Source: an uncultured Acidobacteriota bacterium
GTDB lineage: Bacteria; Acidobacteriota; Terriglobia; Terriglobales; Acidobacteriaceae
Direction: 5' to 3'
Assembly: GCA_963729325.1 (NCBI GenBank)
Contig: CAVSNS010000022.1
Location: 5,901 to 69,900 of the forward strand
DNA length: 64,000 bases
Part shown: piece by piece, positions 28,679-39,350 of the stretch
Position numbering within the stretch: the stretch's first letter is position 1
Layout: each line of letters opens with the position of its first letter
Notes under the pieces: generated by a model
The model's database searches: none
What the model saw: the letters and a program-made list of their open reading frames with translations, nothing else
What the model was told of the DNA's origin: nothing
Program-made: the position numbers and the translations under genes

Positions 28679-29206
28679 TCATTCCTGCTTCGGCCGAGCC
28701 GGTGGATGCGACTGGCCGCTAGTGTCCGAACGCTCGGCGGCTTTTCTGGCGGTGTTCACTGGAGACGACGGCACGGTTCCCGCTTTCGGCGACACCGGCA
28801 AACCGCGTTCCGCAATCAGTCGCATGGCACGCTCGATCGGGATATGCACCACGCCAGCTTTCTCATCCACCCAGCCGTAGCTGTTGAGGGTTCTTTCCTC
28901 CTGTAAACGAAAATCCGTGATCTCCAGCCGCTCATTTTTCTCCAGGCGGGGCTGAGGAAATTTCTCGATGTCAGTGGGCGCCACAGCCCGCGTGTCGCTC
29001 GCAGCTTTTTGCACCAGCGGATTCTGGACCGGCTGGTGTCGCCTCGCATACCTATCCAGGTAGCCGTACATTCCCCACACCGCAAGAGACGCGAGCGCGA
29101 TCATTACCGCCACCCCGATCAGGAACTCAAACACGCTTCGGGCGCCTAGGTCTTCGCGCTCGAATTCAACGCCGCTGTTGTGTTCGTGTTGCATCTCTTC
29201 ACTCAT
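28679..29206 (-). CDS. hypothetical single-TM protein between act and cox operons
   Basis: The ORF is 28679..29242, with a likely start at MSEEMQHEH. One TM helix is FEFLIGVAVMIALASLAVWGMYGY. Confidence 0.45.
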   Translation of the reverse strand: MSEEMQHEHNSGVEFEREDLGARSVFEFLIGVAVMIALASLAVWGMYGYLDRYARRHQPVQNPLVQKAASDTRAVAPTDIEKFPQPRLEKNERLEITDFRLQEERTLNSYGWVDEKAGVVHIPIERAMRLIAERGLPVSPKAGTVPSSPVNTARKAAERSDTSGQSHPPARPKQE

Positions 29207-30410
29207 GCGCGGGTTCCAAAACCTCGTTAGCGAATACGTCATACGCGGGCACGAGGGGCATCGACCTGAGGTTGCGGAAGAAATGCGCCAGCCATAATCC
29301 GCCCATCGCGATCGGCACTACCACGTCGGCCCAAGTCACACTCAGGGTCTGCGAGAAATTGGGCTCGATTATCCAGAACAGATCCACATAGCGCATCAGT
29401 AACAACCACACCGCTAGCCAGACCAAACGAGTCACGTCACGCTTGAAAGGCCGCGAGAGCAGGAATACGAAAGGCACAGCGAAATGGAACAACACCAGAA
29501 ATAATCCGACATATCCCCAGCCGCCGTTCAGACGCCGCATGTACCAGGTGATCTCATCGGGCAGGTTCCCCGCCCAGATGATGAGCCACTGTGAGAACGC
29601 AGAAGTAAGCCCATACCATGATGAAGGTCAGCATGAACTTCCCATGATCGTGGACATAGTCGGGCTTCAACAACTCCGACATAGGTTTGTACTTCACCAG
29701 AATTCGCTCCACCACTACAGCGAAGCAGAGCGCCGACAGCACTTGCCCAATGAGGAACGACAGACCGTAGATAGTGGAAATCCAGCTTGGGTCAATGGAC
29801 ATCACCCAGTCGATGGCCGCGAATGTAATGGTGAATCCATAGAGGATGAGCCCCGGCCCACTGAGCGCCTTGAAACGAGCGCTATTGTCGCGCGAGGGCG
29901 GGCTGATCCTGCTCCGCCGACCATTTGGTCAGGAAGAATACCAGTGCGCCCCAGATGGCGAAGTAAATCACGGCCCGAATCACGAATCCATTCACTGAAA
30001 GATAGGTCTGGGTAATCTGCTGCAAGTGCTCCCGAAGATGCTGGTCTGGAATCGAATCCAGGGGCCGCGCCCAAATGTAAAGCTTGGGCAGTCCGAAAAA
30101 GATTGGAATGAACAGCAGCGCCAGCAGCGGAAGCGTCCGCATCGCCGCTCCCAGAATCCGCCGGATGATCATGCCCCAGCCGCCCTTGGTGAGATGGCGA
30201 AGCATTAGAATCGCCATCGATCCCAGACACACCCCCAGCCACGCCATAAAGCTGAGCAGGTAGGCGCGGAAGAACTCGGCCGGTGCGGACAAATGCCCCG
30301 ATCACCGAAATCACGCCGAAAATCAGGCCGACGATAAGCGATCGCTGACCGATGGTTTTGACCACCGGCGGAGCCATCAAGTCCAGATTGTCGACCCGCG
30401 CCGGGCTCAT
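29199..30410 (-). pseudogene. actF: Alternative Complex III subunit ActF (NrfD-like membrane protein), broken by about 3 frameshifts
   Basis: Coherent membrane-protein sequence hops between ORFs 29802..30410, 29882..30292, 29554..29805 (its frame is open upstream through NSARFKALSGPGLILYG) and 29199..29540. Confidence 0.65.
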
Positions 30411-31087
30411 TTCGGTCCCTCTTCTTTACTCTCGGTCTTCGGTGCAATTACCGGGAGCGTCGCACCCGACCCAGGTTCCTCAAAGGTGGGAGGCTCGGAT
30501 GGCACTTTCTGTCCCGCCGGAACATCATTCGCAGTGGCTCCCTGGCTCAATTGCAAGGCGCGGATATAGGCCACAATGCACCAGCGATCCCGCGGCGCGA
30601 TTTGCGAGGCATAATCGGGCATGGCGCCGAAGCCGTTGGTCATGACGTCGAAAAAGTATCCTAGCGGCGCTTGGCGCAATCGCTCTGCGTGAAATGAGGG
30701 AGGCTTGCGCGGGAATCCACGCGACGGAACTACTCCGTTGCCATCGCCCAGACGCGAATGGCAAGGAGCGCAATAAATGTCGAAGCGCTCCCGGCCGCGC
30801 GCCAAAATGTCATCGGAAACCGGAAAGGGCATGTAGTCGCCCGGATTGTTTCCGATTTTCCCGGTGTAGAAATAGGTGTCTTCATGCAATTGTCCGCGGG
30901 CCATCGTGCCTTCTACGGGAGGACGCGCCGAGCGCAGATCGGCGTAAAAGTCGCTCTCTGCAAGCGGCTTGAAGCGCGGCTGGTCCTGCATGTCCTGGCG
31001 GCAGCCGGAAAGCAGTAGCGTTGCGACAAGCAATGTGGCGAGATTCAATGTAGGCGCAGAGCGTCCACGCCTGTGCACACGCGGCAC
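30407..31087 (-). CDS. actE: Alternative Complex III monoheme cytochrome c subunit ActE (lipoprotein)
   Basis: LLLSGC lipobox and a single CAPCH heme motif. The position after actD supports the call. Confidence 0.7.
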   Translation of the reverse strand: MPRVHRRGRSAPTLNLATLLVATLLLSGCRQDMQDQPRFKPLAESDFYADLRSARPPVEGTMARGQLHEDTYFYTGKIGNNPGDYMPFPVSDDILARGRERFDIYCAPCHSRLGDGNGVVPSRGFPRKPPSFHAERLRQAPLGYFFDVMTNGFGAMPDYASQIAPRDRWCIVAYIRALQLSQGATANDVPAGQKVPSEPPTFEEPGSGATLPVIAPKTESKEEGPK

Positions 31088-31128
31088 GAGCGAGGACGCT
31101 CGCGCCTATATCGCTCATGCGACTCGCT

Positions 31129-31665
31129 CTAATCGGGCACCTCCGAGATGGATCGCGGTCCCAGACTCTCCAAGAATCGCCGCGTCTCCGTCGGACTGTA
31201 TTTTGGATCAGATGCAAACACGATCAGGAAGAATCTGTCCTTGGTAGCGAACGCAAAGCGCGGCACATTAAACACCGGGTGGTACGGCATGGGCAATCCG
31301 TTCAGCGCCAGCATGCCCAACACGGCCGAGATACCCCCAAAAAGAATCGTCATCTCGAAGGTCACGACGATAAATGCCGGCCACGAGTGATACGGCTTGC
31401 CTCCGACATTGATGGGGTAGGTGACCGCTGAAATCCAGTACTGCATCAGATAGCCAGTCAGGCCTCCGATCAATGCGCCGATTAGAACGACCAGCGGCAC
31501 TGCGTTACTGTGGAAGCCGATCGCTTCCGCCAATCCCTCGATTGGGAAGGGACTGTACGCGTCAAGCTTGATGTAGCCGGCTTCGCGGGTGCGATGCGCA
31601 GCCGCCATCAAGCTGGTTGCGGAATCGAACTCCGCCATAATCCCGTAAGTTCCGGTGCGCTTCAT
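31129..31665 (-). CDS. actD: Alternative Complex III subunit ActD (DUF3341)
   Basis: YGIMAEFDSATSLMAAAHRTREAGY...LDAYSPFPIEGL is the typical DUF3341 N-terminus, followed by two TM helices. Confidence 0.75.
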   Translation of the reverse strand: MKRTGTYGIMAEFDSATSLMAAAHRTREAGYIKLDAYSPFPIEGLAEAIGFHSNAVPLVVLIGALIGGLTGYLMQYWISAVTYPINVGGKPYHSWPAFIVVTFEMTILFGGISAVLGMLALNGLPMPYHPVFNVPRFAFATKDRFFLIVFASDPKYSPTETRRFLESLGPRSISEVPD

Positions 31666-33039
31666 TCCTTCACCTCCGCCTCAGGCAGCAGAGTGCGCAT
31701 CTCAAAGATCGAAATCATGGGCAGCACACGCACGAACAGGAACATCGCCGCCAAGAACATGCCGATGGTGCCGATGTATGTCATCCAGTCCCAGCGAGTC
31801 GGGTAATACATCCCCCAGGAAGAGGTCAGGAAATCGCGATGCAGGCTGACCACCACGATGATGAATCGTTCCAGCCACATGCCAACCAGAACCACTCCAG
31901 AGATCAGGAAGAGCCAGAGCGGACTGCTGCGCAGCTTGGGGATCCACAGTACCTGGGGAATGACAATGTTGCATAGCAGCAGCATGTAATAGAAGAAGGC
32001 ATAGGGGCCGTGCAGCCGATTCCATAAGCGTGAACGCATCGTAGCGATTGCCGCTGTACCAACCCATAAAAGCTTCAACGATGTATCCGTAGGCCACGAT
32101 CAGTCCGGTCGCCAGCATAACTTTTGCCGAGTTCTGCAAGTGGCGTTCGGTGATGAAATCTTCCAACTGGAAGATTTTGCGGATGGGAATGGCCAGCATC
32201 AACACCATGGCAAAACCGGAGTAGATTGCTCCGGCCACAAAATATGGCGGGAAAATTGTGGTATGCCAGCCCGGCACAATACCGATGGCAAAATCAAAGC
32301 TCACGACGGTGTGCACGGAAAGAACCAGCGGCGTCGCAAGTCCGGCGAGCAGTAAGTAGGCCGTCTCATAGCGATGCCAGTGCCGCGCTGAACCGCGCCA
32401 GCCCATGGCGAGGATGCCATAGATAATCTGCAACGCGCGATTGTCAGCTCGGTCGCGGAGAGTGGCCAGGTCGGGAATCAGTCCGATAAACCAGAATAGC
32501 AATGAGATCGTGGCGTAGGTGGAAACGGCAAAGACGTCCCAAATCAGTGGGCTGCGAAACTGCGGCCACACTCTCATGGTGTTGGGATAGGGAAACAGCC
32601 AATACGCTAACCATGGCCGGCCTACGTGAATCAGGGGGAAGATACCGGCGCTGGCCACAGCAAACAGCGTCATCGCCTCCGCAAAGCGGTTGATCGAGTT
32701 ACGCCAGGATTGACGTAGAAGTAAAAGGATGGCCGAAATTAACGTTCCGGCGTGCCCGATTCCGATCCACCACACGAAGTTGACGATGGCAAATCCCCAT
32801 CCGATAGGGATGGTCACGCCCCAGATACCGATACCACGCACGAAAAGATAGCCAATGGCGTACAGCAGCATCATGGTGAGCAAAAACGCGACCCCAAAGC
32901 CAAAGAACCACCCGTTCGAGGTGGGACGCGTGAGCACGATCGAGCTGATCTTGTCGGTGACCGTGCCGAAGCTGTATCCCGGCTCGATAACCGGGGCTTG
33001 TGCGTTCTCGGCTGCCACTGGTTGGGTTCGCTCGTCCAT
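31662..33039 (-). pseudogene. actC: Alternative Complex III subunit ActC (NrfD/PsrC-like), one frameshift near 32022
   Basis: ORF 31702..33039 is coherent up to NRYDAFTLM. The true continuation [16 protein letters not shown]... is in ORF 31662..32078. This is consistent with one extra G in ATGGAAT. Confidence 0.8.
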
Positions 33040-33057
33040 GACTTGCTCGTGCTCTGG

Positions 33058-35927
33058 TTAGCCTTTCAGTTCAGGGTTGGGGTTGCGAATCTCAGCCAGA
33101 TACGTAGTCCGTGGTCTCGTATTCAGATCCGCTAGCAGGCTGTAATTGCGCGCGCCCGCCTTCAGTTTTGAAACCCGACTGTTGGGATCGTTGATGTTGC
33201 CGAAAATAATCGCGTTCGCCGGACAGGATTGCTGGCAGGCCGTCTGCAACTCTCCGTCCTGAATCTTGCGGTCTTCGCGTTCGGAATCAATTCGATGTTC
33301 GCTGATGCGCTGCACACAGTACGTACACTTTTCCATCACACCGCGGCTGCGCACGGTCACATCCGGATTGCGCATCATCTTGTATTGCGGCGTCTCCCAA
33401 TCCTGGAACAGAAGAAATTAAAGCGGCGCACTTTGTATGGGCAGTTATTCGAGCAGTAGCGCGTGCCCACGCAGCGGTTGTAGGTCATGTCGTTCAGACC
33501 TTCCGTGCTGTGGACGGTCGCGCCGACGGGGCAGACCACCTCGCAGGGCGCGTTCTCGCACTGCATGCAGGGCACGGGCTGGAAGTAAGCCTTGGGATTG
33601 TCACGGTCGCCCTGATAGTAGGCATCCACGCGCAGCCAGTGCATGTGGCGTCCGATGACGACCTGCTCCTTGCCCACAACCGGGATATTGTTTTCCGACT
33701 GGCAGGCGACAATGCAGTTGTTGCAGCCCACGCAGGCGTTCAGGTCGATGGCCATGCCCCAGGCGTAGGGTTCCTTCTCATAGGGATAAGGCTTGTAGAG
33801 TGTTAGCTCCTTCGGTGGCTCCTCTTCTTTGGCGAAGTTCGGTTCTTTGCGATACTCCTCAAGCGTGGTTTCGCGAACCAGGGGCCGCGTGGCGCCGTTG
33901 GGAGTGTCCATGGTCTGGTAGCCCTGGGTGGATGCCAGCTTGTAAGTCCTCCGGTCTTTGTGATCTTCACGCCCTCGGCGAACCACGGGGTCGCGCTACA
34001 GCGCAGCGGATACATGTCAAAGCCCGCGCCCGTGCCGGCGCGACCAGCGCGGCTGCGGCCGTAACCTAGAAAAACGGTGACGGAGTTATCGGGATGTCCA
34101 GCCTGAATCCAGATTGGAGCCGTGACCTTCTTGCCATTGAGTTCCAGCTCGACCATGTCTTCTGTCTTCAGACCCATCCGCGCGGCCATTGCCGGCCCGA
34201 TCAGCACGGGGTTATCCCAGGTGATCTTGGTCATCGGCTTGGGCAATTCCTGCAGCCAGCCGTTGTTGGAGAATTGGCCGTCGTAGATGCGTGGGATCGC
34301 GGCGGAAGTTGATTTCGATGGGGTCCGTGTCATGGAAGCGGGGATCTGCAAAGTTTTGATTCCTTCAAAGCGATTTGCTTGGGGATGAAAGTGGTACCCT
34401 CAATCCAGCCATCGTGCAGCGACTTCCGCCAGAAGGCATCGAAGTCCGCGCCGGAATGTTGCTTTTTCCAATAAGCCTGCACGATGTCGTGGCCGCTTGC
34501 GTCCGGATTGACCGGCGAGCAATCGCCACCAGCTCATACGCACTCTTGCCGTTGTAGAGCGGCGCGATCAGCGGCTGGACGATGCTCACCGTGCCGTCGT
34601 AAGCGCGGGTATCGCCCCAGGCTTCGAGATAGTGCGCTTCATTCACATGCCAATGGCAAAGCTCCGCAGTTTCGTTCTGATGAAGACCGAGGTGAACTCG
34701 CAACGGGATATTGGTGTTCTTGAGCGCATCTGCGAAACCAAAATCGGCGGGCGCGTCGTAAGCAGGGTTTCCACCCATGATGATCAGGATGTCCACTTTG
34801 CCGTCGCGCATGTCGGCAACGAGGTCTTTAAGTGATTCGGTTTGATTTACTGGGTTTGCATTCACTGGATCGGTGTAGAGAACCGTCTTGCCAATGTTGC
34901 CCAGCGCTTGGTTCACGGCGTGACCGAAAGCATGCACTACGGGAGGCTGATGATCGCCCACGATAACAACGCTAGATCCGCGATGGGTGAGGAGATCTTG
35001 AACAATTGGGCCCGAAAACCCAGGGTTATCTCCTACTACGCCTCCGCTTGGCGGATTGACGGGCAAGTGGCTCGATAGATTATGCGCAAATTTCTCGATC
35101 TCGCTCGCCCGAATCGGCAACCGATGATCCGCCTTCGCCCCCGTCGAGCTCATCCCGCTCTCGACCACATAAAGCCGATTCATGTTGCCGGAGTCAGGAT
35201 TGCGGCGCTTGGCGAAATCGCGAATGTACCGTGTAGAGCCGGGGAACCCGGGGTACAGGAAGTCTGCGTCGAGCGAGACAATTACGTCCGCCTTCTCAAA
35301 ATCGTATCGCGTCTCGACGGGCTGGCCGAAGGCCATTTTGGCGCCTTCCAGCACGTTGTCGCGATTGATGGGCTCATACACGTGCCACTTCGCCTGCGGA
35401 TAAATCTTCAGCAGCGATCCCAACTGGTCGGCCAACGTGGGCGAAGAAATCGTCGGCGTCAGAATGCGGATGCCTGCACCTTGCAAGCCTTTCTGCACGC
35501 TGAGCGGCCCACGCATCGCTTCCTGAAACATCCCCCAAGTGCGGACGTCGCCGAGATAGGCGATGGTCTGAGAGCGGTCTGGATCGTACAAACCGAGAAT
35601 CGAAGCCTGGGCAAAGATATCTGTGCCACCCTGGCTCGCGGGATGCTGCTCGTTGCCTTCAATCTTGGTCGGACGATAAAGATGGCTTTCGACCAGGATT
35701 GGACTGGCGTATCCGCTCAAAGTGAACGCTGTCGCGAAGAAGAGAGGACGTCCGGGAACCACTTCTTCGGGCTGCCTCACGTAGGGAACGATCGGCTCGA
35801 GCGGCTGCTTGGTGCATGCGGTCATGCCTGCCAGCGCCATCGAGGCGCCCATCAGCTTCAAGAAGCCGCGGCGGGAAACTGAATCCACCCACTCCGATGC
35901 CCCCTTGGGAAATTCGCGATGCATCAT
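33058..35927 (-). pseudogene. actB: Alternative Complex III subunit ActB (molybdopterin-like + 4Fe-4S ferredoxin domains), at least 4 frameshifts
   Basis: Homologous sequence is spread over several ORFs. These are 34365..35927 (Tat motif SRRGFLK), an unlisted frame about 34350-34520 (GHDIVQAYWKKQHSGADFDAFWRKSLHDGWIEG), 33803..34351, 33375..33986 ([20 protein letters not shown]) and 33058..33378 (CTYC...CPANAI). Confidence 0.8.
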
Positions 35928-36723
35928 CTCGCGGAATTCCGCGCTACCAGCCAGCTCTTCGAGACGGAGAAATCGCGAATGTATCGTGTCGAACCCGGAA
36001 ACCCCGCGTACAGAAAATCCGCGTCGAGCGAGAGAATTACATCCGCCTTCTCAAAGTCGTATCGCGTCTCGACGGGCTGGCCGAAGGCCATCTTGGCGCC
36101 CTCGAGAACGTTGTCGCGATTCACCGGCTCATACACGTGCCACTTCGCTAGCGGATAGAGTTTCAGAACGGAATTCAACTGATCGGCCAGCGTAGGCGAA
36201 GAAACCGTCGGCGTCAGAATGCGGATTCCCGCGCCCTGCAAGCCTTTCTGCACGCTGAGCGGCCCGCGCATCGCTTCCTGAAACATCCCCCAAGTGCGGA
36301 CATCGCCGAGATAGGTGATGGTCTGAGAACGATCTGGATCGTACAGGCCGAGAATTGAAGCCTGAGCAAAGATATCGGTTCCACCCAGGCTCGCCGGATG
36401 CTGCTCGTTGCCTTCAATCTTGGTCGGACGATAAAGATGGCTTTCAACCAGGATTGGACTGGCGTATCCGCTCAAAGTGAACGCAGTCGCGAAGAAGAGA
36501 GGACGTCCGGGAACAACTTCCTCCGGCTGCCTCACATAGGGAACAATCGGCTCGAGCGGCTGCTTGGTGCATGCGGTCATGCCTGCGAGCGCCATCGAAG
36601 CGCCCATCAGCTTTAAGAAGCCGCGGCGGGAAACTGAATCCACCCACTCCGACGCACCCTTGGGAAATTCACGATGCATCATCTCGCGGAATTCCGCGCT
36701 GCCCGCCAGTTCCTCCAGGCTGC
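35214..36723. repeat. tandem direct duplication, 2 x about 755 bp, diverged (roughly 90 percent nt identity by eye)
   Basis: Unit 1 starts GAAATCGCGAATGTACCGTG at 35214. Unit 2 starts GAAATCGCGAATGTATCGTG at 35969. The two are colinear to the end of each unit. 755 is not a multiple of 3. Confidence 0.85.
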
Positions 36724-36859
36724 GCCAGTATTCCGGCCCTTTGGTCGCTGCGATGCGAGCGCGGACCGTCTCCAAACCCAACGCGGCGTCCAACTCGTCT
36801 TTCTTGCCGGGACAGACATCTTCGCGCCGACTCTTACCGTTTTGTTCTTCCATCTTCAT
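35924..36859 (-). pseudogene. actB: duplicated 5' fragment of actB (true N-terminus plus first copy of the repeat), truncated by frame-breaking junction
   Basis: The 311-aa ORF repeats residues MMHREFPKGASEW...GSTRYIRDF of the downstream ORF with 10 substitutions. It then reads out of frame (SVSKSWLVARNSAR) to a stop. Confidence 0.75.
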
Positions 36860-36865
36860 CCCAAT

Positions 36866-37561
36866 TCACCGATGACAAGTCGAACAACTTGTAATGTCAG
36901 TGACCGTGCGCAGCTTATATTTCTTCGCCAGGTCGGTGCCGAGCGCAATCTGATCGGTGTACTCTTTTCCGTCCATAGTCAGCGGCTTGGCACTCGAGGG
37001 CTGCTCATAGCGCATGTTGAACACCTGGTCGCGTGGACGCAGATGCTTCTCCGGCTTGCGATGGCACTCCAGACACCACTCCATCTGCAGGGATGCATAG
37101 TTGTACATCAGCGGCATGCGATCGACCGGGCCGTGGCAAGTGTTGCATCCGACGCCTTTGTTGATATGAATGCTGTGATTGAAATAAACAAAATCCGGAA
37201 GGTCATTCACCCGGTTCCACACTAGCGATTTACCGCTGCGAAAGCTCTCGCGCACCGGTTCCAGTAACTGGGCATTGGTCCAAATCTGCGAATGGCAGTT
37301 CATGCAGGTTTTGGTCGGAGGAATGCCCGCGAAGCTCGAGGTCTCAACCGAGGTATGGCAGTAGCGGCAGTCAATCCCAAGGCCGGCCACGTGGTGCTGA
37401 TGACTGAAGGGAACCGGCTGCGGCCTGGCTACTCCGGCGTAAGTCACATAGGGCGACCGTTGAATCTCGGCCGCTGCCCAGAACAGCGCCGCCACGACAA
37501 AAACGGCTCCATAAATCGTGGCGCGGGAAATGGTATTCGTACTGCGATGAAAGATCTGCAT
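36866..37561 (-). CDS. actA: Alternative Complex III pentaheme cytochrome c subunit ActA
   Basis: Five CxxCH motifs (CRYCH, CMNCH, CNTCH, CLECH, CSTCH) and an N-terminal TM anchor. Confidence 0.8.
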   Translation of the reverse strand: MQIFHRSTNTISRATIYGAVFVVAALFWAAAEIQRSPYVTYAGVARPQPVPFSHQHHVAGLGIDCRYCHTSVETSSFAGIPPTKTCMNCHSQIWTNAQLLEPVRESFRSGKSLVWNRVNDLPDFVYFNHSIHINKGVGCNTCHGPVDRMPLMYNYASLQMEWCLECHRKPEKHLRPRDQVFNMRYEQPSSAKPLTMDGKEYTDQIALGTDLAKKYKLRTVTDITSCSTCHR

Positions 37562-37780
37562 CGAACGTCCAGTGCAGCGGGAACCACCAGGCTGGGCCCC
37601 GGTTCATGCAGCGTTGGTTAAGCGGTCACGAGAGAGCCGTGACACTAAAGATGAAAACTGGCGATTGTAGCAGGCCGACAGATTGGGAATTGCGGTCCGC
37701 TACAGTTAACTGCGAAACAGTGATCAGAGCTTGGGCCCAGAAACAAATCCCCTACAACGACGGCACTCGCTACCGGAAAC

Positions 37781-39226
37781 CTATCTCAGATTCATTACCA
37801 ATAGCTTGGGCTCGGTCATTTCCTCGATCGCATAACGCAAACCTTCGCGGCCCTGTCCAGAATCCTTGATGCCGCCATAGGGCATGTGGTCTATGCGAAA
37901 ACTCGGCACATCCCCGGCAATCAACCCGCCCACCTCGAGTTCTTCATAAGCGTTGAATAGCAGCTTGACGTCGCGAGTGAAGATCCCCGCCTGCAAGCCG
38001 TAGGCAGAGTTGTTGGTCCGGCGCAAAGCATCCTTGAAGTCGTCATAGGGCTCAATCGTTACCACCGGAGCGAATATCTCCTGACAGTTCACCTTCATTT
38101 CTGGACGAGTGCCGGTCAGCACCGTGGGTTCGAGCATTGGACCGCTGCGCCGCCCGCCGCAAAGCAAACGCGCGCCGCCTCGCACCGCTTCCTGTATCCA
38201 GTCGCTGGCCCGTACGGCGTCACTTTCCCGGATGAGCGGCCCAAGATCGGTGGATTCATCGAGCGGATCTCCAGTTCTTAACTTCGCAACGCCTGCCAGC
38301 ATCAGATCGGTGAACTTGGCGCAGACCGAACACTCCACCAGGATGCGCTGCACTGAGATGCAGGTCTGCCCTGCATACCCAAAGCCTCCTGCCACGCAGC
38401 GGTCGGCGGCGTAGGCCAAGTCCGCATCACTGTGCACTATGACGCCGGCATTGCCACCTAACTCCAGAATCACTTTCTTCTTACCCGCGTTTTTCTTGAT
38501 CTGCCAGCCTACCGCCGCGCTGCCGGTGAAACTGATCATTTTCAGGCGGTCATCGCTCACGAGCAGACCGGCATCTTCATTCGACAAGGGCAGAACATTG
38601 AGGGCGCCATCTGGCCAACCGGCTTGCTGGACCGCCTCCGCCAGTAAGAGGGCGCTGAGTGGAGTCTGGGGCGCGGGCTTCAGCACCATGCTGCAACCAG
38701 CAGCAATCGCTGGCGCCAGTTTGTGGGCAACTAGATTCAGCGGGAAATTGAAGGGAGTGATTCCGGCGATCGGGCCTAGCGGAAAGCGACGCACAATCCC
38801 CCAGCGCCCGGCCGTGTACTCCTGCCAGTCCAATGGGAGATATTCGCCATAGATGCGCGTGCTTTCCTCCGCAGCGACAGTGAAAGTGAAGATAGAGCGC
38901 TCCACTTCCGACCGGGCCGCCTTAATTGGCTTTCCCGCTTCCTGCGCCAGGGTGCGGGCAAATTCCGCTTTGCGCTCGCCGATGTTCTGAGCCACCCTCC
39001 GGAGCACGCGCTGACGCTCAAAGGCGGGAAGACGGCGCGTGGTTCCAAAAGCCTTCACTGCCGCGGCAATGGCTGCCTCCGCGTGTTGGCGCCTGCCTTG
39101 GAATACTTGGGCGATCACGCTTCCGTCATACGGCGCTCGCACTTCAACCGGATCGCCTTCCTCCATCCACTTGCCATCCACCAAAAAACCTTGCGTGCTG
39201 ACTGGAGTCGCAATCATTTCGGCCAT
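37781..39226 (-). CDS. NAD(P)-dependent aldehyde dehydrogenase
   Basis: 481 aa. ELGGNAG and GQTCISVQR (catalytic Cys) motifs. Confidence 0.85.
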   Translation of the reverse strand: MAEMIATPVSTQGFLVDGKWMEEGDPVEVRAPYDGSVIAQVFQGRRQHAEAAIAAAVKAFGTTRRLPAFERQRVLRRVAQNIGERKAEFARTLAQEAGKPIKAARSEVERSIFTFTVAAEESTRIYGEYLPLDWQEYTAGRWGIVRRFPLGPIAGITPFNFPLNLVAHKLAPAIAAGCSMVLKPAPQTPLSALLLAEAVQQAGWPDGALNVLPLSNEDAGLLVSDDRLKMISFTGSAAVGWQIKKNAGKKKVILELGGNAGVIVHSDADLAYAADRCVAGGFGYAGQTCISVQRILVECSVCAKFTDLMLAGVAKLRTGDPLDESTDLGPLIRESDAVRASDWIQEAVRGGARLLCGGRRSGPMLEPTVLTGTRPEMKVNCQEIFAPVVTIEPYDDFKDALRRTNNSAYGLQAGIFTRDVKLLFNAYEELEVGGLIAGDVPSFRIDHMPYGGIKDSGQGREGLRYAIEEMTEPKLLVMNLR

Positions 39227-39350
39227 GACCTTAGCTTAAACCTCTGCCGGATGAAGAACCGACAATTATAGGCTTTTTGCGTGCTGCCGATTGCCTGCCC
39301 GTTGCGATGATAATAACCTCCGTACACTGGATGAAGGAGGACGAAAAAGG

